Origin: Eledone cirrhosa
Taxonomy: Eukaryota
Assembly: GCA_964016885.1 (NCBI GenBank)
Contig: OZ024747.1
Span: forward strand, 93,868,001 to 93,932,000
Length of the DNA stretch: 64,000 bases
Reading direction: 5' to 3'
The position numbers and the translations under genes were made by a program. Positions 53,040-64,000 of this stretch are shown here, piece after piece (within the stretch, counting starts at the first letter, position 1; each line of letters begins with the position of its first letter). Below the pieces are notes generated by a model. That model was not told where the DNA came from. It ran no database searches and saw nothing but the letters and a program-made list of their open reading frames with translations.

Positions 53040-55351
53040 GGCAGCGGGACAGGCAGATAGTGTCTAATACCAAGGCATACCCTGGGGAGGAATGTACCCC
53101 ACAGCATAGGTTAGTCGTTAGTGATATCTCAGTAAGCAAGAGATGGAATGAGACATATAGGAAGGTGTGGAGAAGAAAGGTCTGGAAGCTAAAAGACCTT
53201 TCACGAAAATACAAATTTAGGAAAGCCCTTCAAGATGTATATGACGAAAAAGAAGACGCTTTAGAGACGTATGACATAGATAATAACTGGAATTTCTTAC
53301 GTGACAACTTGCTGCAGGCTACTGATGAAACTTGTGGCTGGAGCAGACCTCCAACCAGATAGAGAGTGACCTGGTGGTGGAACAGCACAGTAGATAAGGC
53401 CATTAGAGACAAAACACTAGCAGGGAAGGCTTGGAAAAAGGGTGGGAGTAGGGAAGAATATACAGCCACTAAGAGAGAAGCTAGACGTCAGGTGTACTTA
53501 GCACGCAGGGCGGCGGAGAGTAGGAGGTTTGCCAATGTTCTGCGACGGGAAGATCAGAGGCGTGCGGTGTTCCACATTGCAAGGCAGTGTGTCAATGCAA
53601 ATCAGGATGTTGTTGGAGATAAATGTGTCCGGGATGATGCCGGTGTACTTAGTGTCACGAATGATCAGAAAAAGGAGGCCTGAAAATGTCATTATGAGAG
53701 ACTGATGAATGTGGAGAACGAATGGGAGAGAGAGAAATTACCCTTAGTAGATCCGACAGAGGGACCAGCTATTGAGATTGACGAATATAGGATCCAAGAG
53801 GCAATTAGGGAAATGAAAAATGGTAAGGCTGCTGGACCATCGGGAATAGTTGCTGAGATGCTGAAGGCATCAGGGGACGTAGGCACTAAATTGGTTGCAC
53901 GCATCATCAATCAGGCTATATATGGTGGTGTCATACCCAAAGACTGGTGCAGCAGTATTCTCATAAATTGCTACAAAGGTAAAGGGGATGCTCTGGAGAG
54001 GAGCAATTATAGGGGTATAAAACTGATAGATCAGGTTATGAAAGTGGCAGAAAGGATATTAGCACAACTAATTAGAGAAAGGGTCAAACTAGATGAGATG
54101 CAGTTTGGTTTTGTGCCTGGGAAGAGTACAACAGATGTCCTCTTCTTGGTGAGACAATTCCAAGAGAGGTTCTTAGAGAAAAATAAGCCACTATACTTAG
54201 CCTTTGATAGGGTACCCCGATCTGTCATCTGGTGGTCCCTAAGGAAGCTTGGTGTTGAGGAATGGCTTGTGAGGACAGTACAAACTTTGTACAGAGGTAC
54301 TGTCAGTAAAGTCAGGGTAGGAATGGAGTTTAGTGAGGAATTCCAGATACAAGTAGGAGTACATCAAGGTTCGATCCTCAGCCCGCTCTTGTTCATTATA
54401 GTCCTCCAAGCCATAACAGAGGAGTTTAAGACTGGCTGTCCATGGGAACTTCTCTATGCTGACGATCTGGTTCTTATAGCAGAATCAGTAGAGGAGCTAG
54501 AGAATAAATTCTGGCTATGGAAACAGCAGTTGAAAGCAAGAGGACTGAGAGTGAACCTAGCTAAGACAAAAGTGTTGATGAGTAGAAAAGAGGACAAAAC
54601 TCTGATTCCGTCAGGGAAATGGCCATGTTCGATATGCAGAAAAGGAACTGGCATAAATTCTATAAGATGCACACAATGCAGATCCTGGGTACACAAGGGA
54701 TGGAGTGGGATAGCAGGCAAACTAACATGTAGGGAGAAATATATATAGATGTATAGGGAAATTAGACAGTAGAAGTCGCATTGATAGACACATTTTTCAA
54801 ATGCAGGAGGCGCTATAGAAGTGGTTGATAGCTTCCGGTACCTAGGAGATCAGATTAGCATGGGAGGAGGGTGTTCCGAGGCCATAGTATCTAGAATAAA
54901 GACGGGTTGGAAGAAGCTTAGGGAGCTGCTTTCTCTGTTGACGAAGAAGGGTTTCTCCCTGCGTACGAAAGGCCGGTTGTATGATGCCTGTGTGAGGAGC
55001 GCGATGCTGCATGGTAGGGAGACATGGGCAGCAACTGCAGAGGATATGCGACGGCTGGAGAGAAATGAGGCAAGCATGCTCCGTTGGATGTGCAGTGTAA
55101 ATGTGCGTGAACGACCCATGTCATGCGCATGGAGGATGACTGATGGGTGCAGAAGTGCCAGGAAATGCCAGTTGAAGGAAGACGTGGTAGAGGTAGACCA
55201 CGAAAAACATGGACGGAGGTGGTGAGAACAGACCTCAGATCATTGAAGCTCACGGTGGAGATGACCGTGATGAGTGGAGAGATGCTGTTCTGAATAAGAC
55301 CTGTCCCACCCTTGCAAGCAGGGAAAAGCGGACGTAAAATGATGATGATGA
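53040..55351 (+). mobile_element. 5'-truncated RTE-clade LINE, disrupted ORF
   Basis: KGKGD..NYRGIKL, QFGF.PG, GVHQGSILSP, YADD, Cys-rich CSIC..CTQC..WVH; stops at ~53360 and 53681; (tga)n tail. Confidence 0.92.
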
Positions 55352-55604
55352 ATGACATTCATTTGATTTATTGATTTATTGATATTTTATCTGAGTGTCC
55401 CGAATCTTCCAGATCGTAATTTTTCGGTCGTATGGTTGATTTTAGATATGTTCTATGTGTGTCGGTATTTTAACGATAGTTATAGCTCTGATTTATCTGA
55501 ATTATTTAGCCCTCTGCCGCTCATTTCGAATTTTGTTTATCGTGAACTCGTGCGCCGATTTTTCGATGCTCGATTATTCTACTATATATATGTATATATA
55601 TATA

Positions 55605-55666
<62 letters not shown>

Positions 55667-56116
55667 AAGTTATATTTAAAATTGTTGGGTTACAACTAGT
55701 AAATATTTATAACTGATATAAAAGCACTCGACAAATACTTGGAGTATATTTACAATATTAAATAAATGGAAAACTATATTTATAAAACCATATTTATTTC
55801 ATTATATATATTTCGGGGATATCATATTAACAATATGCTATGCCTTCATCAGACAAAATACAATATAAACAGTTTTATAGATAAATATATTCGACATACC
55901 GTAATAAACATCAACTTCATTTGAAGAGGTTTACTCTAGCAGTGAAAATACAGAGAGAAAGAAAGAGAGAGAGAAAAGAGGGAAATAAGAAAGAAAGAAA
56001 GACAAAACGAAGAAAAGGAAGAAAAAGAAGAAAAAGAAAAAGAAGAAATGCATGGGACAAAATAGAGAGATGGAAAAATAGATAAAGCGAAGAGCTTCAT
56101 GTAAAGAGACAGAAAG

Positions 56117-56148
<32 letters not shown>

Positions 56149-56235
56149 GAAATAGAGATAGATACATATATAAATATAGATATAGAAAAATTAGGTAGTG
56201 GGAGGTCATTTTGAGTAAGTGTATCAATGATGCAT

Positions 56236-56270
<35 letters not shown>

Positions 56271-57453
56271 GCTCAAGTATTAATGTAAGGGAGATATATA
56301 GAGAGATATAGAGAGATATAGAGAGAGAAAAAATTTAAAAATAGCCAGACATATTCGAGGCGTAGAAAACCCTATGTTTTAATGTATTAGTATTTATAAA
56401 ACTTACACTATATTGTAAATATCAGTATTCCTGAATGAAACAAGTATTCACAATGCGTGAAAATTCATTATCTTATGTTTAGTTTTTTAAAAAATTCATA
56501 TGTCTATTTGAATTCAACTGATTCACTCCGCAAATTCAAAGTTACCGGAAAACATTCTCAATGTGGTATAAAAATTTGAGCGTATTATTATTCTTGCGAT
56601 TACTCTACAAGATTATCTATCAAGCAGAAATAGAGAGCAGATTTCAATATACTAATCGAAAATATATATTATATTATAAGCAGAGATAACAATAATAATG
56701 ATAATAAGTAAAAATATATAAAAATATAAAAATATAGAATAGAAAACTAAAAAAGAATATTACGAAAGAATATTACATAATAAAAATATTGCATATTAAA
56801 AATACTACGTATTAAAAATATTACGTATTAAAACTTTACATATAAAAAAATATTAAAAATAAAAATTTACATATAAAAATATTAAAAATAAAAATAAAAT
56901 AAAATAAAAAATAAAAATATTATAGAATACTACAATACTAAAAGAATAAAAATAAAAATAAAAATAAAAATAAAAATAAAAATAAAAATAAAAATAAAAA
57001 TAAAAATAAAAATAAAAATAAAAATAAAAATAAAAATAAAAATAAAAATAAAAATGAAAATAAAAATAAACCACAAAGAACAACCCTTCAAAGTTAATTG
57101 ACAATATATTGCCAAGTTCACTACAAGACAAAGCCAAAAATTATCTATCAAATCACGTCTAGCAAGGAATATCGCAAAAAAGATTATGATGTCCAATAAT
57201 GTCTACATATGTTCCTATATTTAATATATAAGTTTATAAAGTGTAAGGTTAATTCAAAAAATTTGGAGCATCGGCTTTTAGGGTAGCTTAATTTTTCATG
57301 AGGAATGTTTAGATAAAAATAAAAATAAAAATAAAAATAAAAATAAATAAAATAAAATAAACAATAAAAAGAGTAAAAAGAGGGAATCAAAGATTTAGGA
57401 ATCAAAAGATTTATCGGCTAGTTCTCATATAAATATAAATCAAACTAAATATA

Positions 57454-58098
57454 CTACATTTTAAATTTAAATTTATATTTAAACGTTGAGTTTAATCTAT
57501 GTTTGCAACAACTGAATAAATTTGTCCGTAGGTTAAGGGAATTTTTAGATTTTAGTATAAAGAATATCTCCTCTGCGCAGAGGTCACATGTCTCAGAGGA
57601 TGAATTAAAAGGAATCCCTCTTGAGACTATATTCCAAGCCGTCGAATATCTAACGTTATCTAGCTTAAGTTGCCAGAGTACACCTGATAGTGCCGTTGAA
57701 GATTTTTTATTTGGATCTGTGAAAGAATTCTTGTGGTTATTATAGCGAAGTTTAAATTCCGTCGATGTGGAACCGACGTAGTTAAAAGAATTAGAGTCAG
57801 TATTAACATTACAATTGTATACTATATTTTTAACTAAGCAGTTGTTATTTAACGGACATTTAGATCTATCTCTACAGTTACATTTGTTAACTTGTATATT
57901 ATTTATGCTATTATCAGTAGGTTTTAAGTTCCTATTATTTATTCTATTAATATTTTGTGCTAAATTTTTGGTGGATGAGTAGGTTAATTTAATTGTATGC
58001 CTATTGAAGATTGAGTGGTACCTATGTGTTCTAGGGAAGCGATTATCAAGAGCTTTGAAAAATAATTTAGCGATGTGGGTTTTAATGTTTAGTGAGAA
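57454..58098 (-). pseudogene. PLE RT-thumb + GIY-YIG fragment (214 aa, no start codon; absent from the ORF track)
   Basis: Manual translation FSLNIKTHIAKLFF..FPRTHRYHSIFNRHTIKLTYS..CNCRDRSKCPLNNNCLVKNIVY..YVGSTSTEFKLRYNNH..STALSGVLWQLK..CDLCAEE..LNLRTNLFSCCKH. Confidence 0.9.
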
Positions 58099-59327
58099 AA
58101 TCTAAAAATTCCCTTAACCTACGGACAAATTTATTCAGTTGTTGCAAACATAGATTAAACTCAACGTTTAAATATAAATTTAACTTTAAAATGTAGTATA
58201 TTTAGTTTGATTTATATTTATATGAGAACTAGCCGATAAATCTTTTGATTCCTAAATCTTTGATTCCCTCTTTTTACTCTTTTTATTGTTTATTTTATTT
58301 TATTTATTTTTATTTTTATTTTTATTTTTATTTTTATCTAAACATTCCTCATGAAAAATTAAGCTACCCTAAAAGCCGATGCTCCAAATTTTTTGAATTA
58401 ACCTTACACTTGATAAACTTATATATTAAATATAGGAACATATGTAGACATTATTGGACATCATAATCTTTTTTGCGATATTCCTTGCTAGATGTGATTT
58501 GATAGATAATTTTTGGCTTTGTCTTGTAGTGAACTTGGCAATATATTGTCAATTAACTTTGAAGGGTTGTTCTTTGTGGTTTATTTTTATTTTCATTTTT
58601 ATTTTTATTTTTATTTTTATTTTTATTTTTATTTTTATTTTTATTCTTTTAGTATTGTAGTATTCTATAATATTTTTATATTTTTATTTTTTATTTTATT
58701 TTATTTTTATTTTTAATATTTTTATATGTAAATTTTTATTTTTAATATTTTTTTATATGTAAAGTTTTAATACGTAATATTTTTAATACGTAGTATTTTT
58801 AATATGCAATATTTTTATTATGTAATATTCTTTCGTAATATTCTTTTTTAGTTTTCTATTCTATATTTTTATATTTTTATATATTTTTACTTATTATCAT
58901 TATTATTGTTATCTCTGCTTATAATATAATATATATTTTCGATTAGTATATTGAAATCTGCTCTCTATTTCTGCTTGATAGATAATCTTGTAGAGTAATC
59001 GCAAGAATAATAATACGCTCAAATTTTTATACCACATTGAGAATGTTTTCCGGTAACTTTGAATTTGCGGAGTGAATCAGTTGAATTCACATAGACATAT
59101 GAATTTTTTAAAAAACTAAACATAAGATAATGAATTTTCACGCATTGTGAATACTTGTTTCATTCAGGAATACTGATATTTACAATATAGTGTAAGTTTT
59201 ATAAATACTAATACATTAAAACATAGGGTTTTCTACGCCTCGAATATGTCTGGCTATTTTTAAATTTTTTCTCTCTCTATATCTCTCTATATCTCTCTAT
59301 ATATCTCCCTTACATTAATACTTGAGC

Positions 59328-59362
<35 letters not shown>

Positions 59363-59793
59363 ATGCATCATTGATACACTTACTCAAAATGACCTCCCAC
59401 TACCTAATTTTTCTATATCTATATTTATATATGTATCTATCTCTATTTCCTCTCTCTCTCTCTATATATATATATCTCTTTCTGTCTCTTTACATGAAGC
59501 TCTTCGCTTTATCTATTTTTCCATCTCTCTATTTTGTCCCATGCATTTCTTCTTTTTCTTTTTCTTCTTTTTCTTCCTTTTCTTCGTTTTGTCTTTCTTT
59601 CTTTCTTATTTCCCTCTTTTCTCTCTCTCTTTCTTTCTCTCTGTATTTTCACTGCTAGAGTAAACCTCTTCAAATGAAGTTGATGTTTATTACGGTATGT
59701 CGAATATATTTATCTATAAAACTGTTTATATTGTATTTTGTCTGATGAAGGCATAGCATATTGTTAATATGATATCCCCGAAATATATATAAT

Positions 59794-59974
59794 TGTTTCT
59801 ACTTTAGGCACAAGGCCAGCAACTACCCAGTGCCTCACTGGTACTTTATTTTATCGACCCCGTAAGGATGAAAGGCAAAGTCAACCTCGGCGGGATTTGA
59901 ACTCAGATCGTAAAGGGACGTAACTATGCTAGAAAGCATGGCGTCCGACCCTCTACCGATACTACCAATCCACC
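59794..59974 (-). mobile_element. Meta-like SINE with 10-bp TSD
   Basis: TSD tatatataat at 59784-59793 and 59975-59984. Confidence 0.88.
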
Positions 59975-60028
59975 TATATATAATGAAATAAATATGGTTT
60001 TATAAATATAGTTTTCCATTTATTTAAT

Positions 60029-60246
<218 letters not shown>

Positions 60247-60606
60247 GGAGACACATGGCTTTGTGGTTAGAACATTGGCCTTGCAATCGAAAGGTTGTGA
60301 GTTCAATTCTCAGACCGGGTGATGTGTTGTTTCCTTGAGCAAGACACTTTATTTCACATTGCTCCAGTTTACTCAGCTGTAGAAATGAGATGATAGGGAT
60401 TGGGGTCCATATCATTCCACTGCAAAGTGGTCGTGCAGGCACCATGGCAAAGAAGCACCCAGCACTCACTGTAAATGAGGTTGGTGTTAGGAAGGGCATC
60501 CAGCTGTAGAAATCAAGCCAGAATCAGTTCCCGTCCCACCCTTGCAAACAGGGAAAAAGCGGACGTAAAATGAAATGATGATGATGAAATGATATATATA
60601 TATATG

Positions 60607-60661
<55 letters not shown>

Positions 60662-61002
60662 AGAATTCACAGGAATCAAAGTTATGTTCAAACCATTTAT
60701 TAGTGGGATAGCAGTAGAACAACTGATGTTATTACATTGTAGAAATGAGATGATAGGGACACGGGTCCCTATCATTCCACTGTAAAGTGGTCGTGGAGGT
60801 GCCACGGCAAAAAAGCACCCAGCACTCACTGTAAAGTGGTCGTGGAGGTGCCACGGCAAAAAAGCACCCACCACTCAATGTAAATGAGGTTGGTGTTAGG
60901 AAGGGCATCCAGATGTAGAAATCAAGCCAGAATCAGTTCCCGTCCCACCCTTGCAAGCAGGGAAAAGCGGACGTAAAATGATGATGATGATGATGATGAT
61001 GA
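60247..61002 (+). mobile_element. Two CORE-type SINE copies (60247-60590; truncated 60738-61002)
   Basis: Same family as 16100. Confidence 0.88.
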
Positions 61003-61735
61003 TATATATATGCAGTAGATTTACTTACAGTGGTAGACCAGTTTACAATCAAAGGCAGAGGATCTGTTCACCATTGGCTTCTCCAAGAATCTTGTTATTG
61101 TTGGTAGTATGGTGCTGATGTTGGTAGCTGGGAAATATATTTAGTTATTTATATATATATATATATATAGAATATATTAACAAATGGAAACTATATTTAT
61201 AAAACCATATTTATTTTATTATACATATTTCAAGGGCTACCAAGGCAAATTATGGTGTGCTTTCATCAGATAAAATACAATACAGATTAGTTTTATAAAT
61301 AAATATTGACATACCCTGAAAAAAAGACAACCTTAATGGTTGGAGCTTTTATGTGAGGTAAAGCCTTTACTGTGAAAAAACAATAGTATATATAGAGTAA
61401 TGTAAATGTTATGTGAGATATTATGTGAGATAAAGCCTTTACTGTGAAAATACAATAGTATATATAGAGTAATGTAAATGTTATGTGAGATATTATGTGA
61501 GGTAAAGCCTTTACTGTGAAAATGCAATAGTATATGTAGAGTAATGTAAATGCTATGTGAGATATTATGTGAGGTAAAGCCTTTACTGTGAAAATACAAT
61601 AGTATATATAGAGTAATGTAGATGTTATGTGAGATATTATGTGAGGTAAAGCCTTTACTGTGACAATACAATAGTATATATAGAGTAATGTAAATGTTAT
61701 GTGAGATATTATGTGAGGTGAAGCCTTTACTGTGA

Positions 61736-62377
61736 AAGGATGCAGTGTCACGACAGCTAACAACTGATGCAGGTAGTTTGTTCCATGGAGGTTTTAAAGG
61801 ATGCAGTGTCTCGACAGCTAACAACTGACGCAGGTAGTTTGTTCCATGGACGTTTTAAAGGATACAGTGTCTCGACAGCTAACAACTGATGCAGGTAGTT
61901 TGTTCCATGGAGGTCTTAAAAGATGCAGTGTCTCGACAGCTAACAACTGATGCAGTGGTTTGTTCCATGGAGGTTTTAAAAGATGCAGTGTCTCGACAGC
62001 TAACAACTGACGCAGGTGGTTTGTTCCATGGAGGTTTTAAAGGATGCAGTGTCTCGACAGCTAACAACTGATGCAGGTAGTTTGTTCCATGGAGGTTTTA
62101 AAGGATGCAGTGTCTCGACAGCTAACAACTGATGCAGGTAGTTTGTTCCATGGAGATTTTAAAGGATGCAGTGTCTCGACAGCTAACAACTGATGCAGGT
62201 AGTTTGTTCCATGGAGGTTTTAAAGGATGCAGTGTCTCGACAGCTAACAACTGATGCAGGTAGTTTGTTCCATGGAGGTTTTAAAAGATGCCGTGTCTCG
62301 ACAGCTAACCACTGATGCAGATAGTTTATTCCATGCTTCAGCAACTCTGAGCGTGAAAAAATGTTTCCGAAAGTCAT
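61736..62377 (-). repeat. CR1-derived 61-bp minisatellite (~10 units) with a short CR1 stub
   Basis: Period 61; stub 62330-62377. Confidence 0.88.
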
Positions 62378-62688
62378 ATTACTTCTTTAGCCATAGCCAC
62401 CAGACAAAGGAAAGCCATCTCTCCTTCATTGTTGGATGAAGGTGGAGTGGCTGATCCTCACGATGGACTCGGCTGTCAACTAGATGTGTCCCACATGTGA
62501 CAGTAGATAGAGGGGTAATGTAGAACAGCAAGGAAGAGAGTAAAGAAGGGAATAATGCAGAAAGGAGAATGTTTCAATAAAAGTGAGTGGAGACAGGCTG
62601 TAGCTGTTTCTTCTAGCCACGACAACAATGAGGAGTGGTGGTCACTATCTTCTGAACCTTCACTTTCTTGGTGCTGGAATAACACACA

Positions 62689-64000
62689 AGATAATGTAGT
62701 CCTAGTTACACTATGTCTGATAGCCACTAATACTAACTACTGTACATTAGATAATGTAGTCCTAGATACTCTATGTCTGATAGCCACCAATACTAACTAC
62801 TGTACTGTACACTAGATAATGTATTCCTAGATACACTATGTCTGATAGCTACTAATACTAACTACTGTACTGTACATTAGATAATGTAGTCCTAGATATA
62901 CTATGTCTGATAGCCACTAAAACTAACTACTGTACATTAGATAATGTAGTCCTAGATACACTATGTCTGATAGCTACTAATACTAACTATTGTACTGTAC
63001 ATTAGATAATGTAGTCCTAGATACACTATGTCTGATAGCTACTAATACTAACTACTGTACTGTACATTAGATAATGTAGTCCTAGATACACTCTGTCTGA
63101 TAGTCACTAATACTAACTACTGTACATTAGATAATGTAGTCCTAGATACACTATGTCTGATAGCTACTAATACTAACTACTGTACTGTACATTAGATAAT
63201 GTAGTCCTAGATACAGTATGTCTGATAGCCACTAATACTAACTACTATACTGTACATTAGATAATGTAGTCCTAGATACACTATGTCTGATAGCCACTAA
63301 TACTAACTACTGTACTCTACATTAGAAAATGTAGTCCTAGATATAGTATGTCTGATAGCCACTAATACTAACTACTATACTGTACATTAGATAATGTAGT
63401 CCTAGATATACCATGTCTGATAGCCACTAATACTAACTACTGTACTGTATATTAGATAATGTAGTCCTAGATACACTATGTCTGATAGCCACTAATACTA
63501 ACTACTGTACATTAGATAATGTAGTCCTAGATACACTATGTCTGATAGCCACTAATACTAACTACTGTACTGTACATTAGATAATGTAGTCCTAGATATA
63601 CTATGTCTGATAGCCACTAATACTAACTACTGTACATTAGATAATGTAGTCCTAGATACACTATGTCTGATAGCCACTAATACTAACTACTGTACTGTAC
63701 ATTAGATAATGTAGTCCTAGATATACTATGTCTGATAGCCACTAATACTAACTACTGTACTGTACATTAGATAATGTAGTCCTAGATATACTATGTCTGA
63801 TAGCCACTAATACTAACTACTGTACATTAGATAATGTAGTCCTAGATACACTATGATGATAGCTACTAATACTAACTACTGTACTGTACATTAGATAATG
63901 TAGTCCTAGATATACTATGTCTGATAGCCACTAATACTAACTACTGTACTGTACATTAGATAATGTAGTCCTAGATACAGTATGTCTGATAGCCACTAAT
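62689..64000. repeat. 60/65-bp satellite running off the window end
   Basis: Unit agataatgtagtcctagatacactatgtctgatagccactaatactaactac(tgtac)1-2att. Confidence 0.95.

Noticed and set aside
57503-57745. 80-aa plus-strand ORF
   Set aside because: Antisense shadow of the PLE GIY-YIG frame
62689-64000. Regular ~60-bp repeats as a CRISPR-like array (also 49850-51445)
   Set aside because: No unique spacers and no cas genes; eukaryotic satellites

Overview
AT-rich, (TA)n/(CA)n-laden eukaryotic DNA whose repeats (CORE-type and Meta-type tRNA SINEs, RTE and CR1 LINEs, [12 protein letters not shown]2H2 arrays) suggest an octopod cephalopod genome (inference). Most ORF-track entries are microsatellite artefacts. 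Real content: (i) the 3' exons of a spliced minus-strand host gene or pseudogene (35562-62673) that the ORF track misses; (ii) a dense set of Penelope-like elements (PLEs), including one intact 710-aa RT+GIY-YIG ORF and several 5'-truncated copies with inverted pseudo-LTRs; (iii) three LTR retrotransposon families; (iv) CR1 and RTE LINEs with LINE-derived minisatellites; (v) SINEs, MITEs and satellites. The main signal is a diverse set of hammerhead ribozymes (HHR): canonical type I, minimal dimer-type, U3-A8 core variants, a G17 variant, and a candidate non-circularly permuted ('swapped') hammerhead in a 717-bp non-coding tandem repeat.
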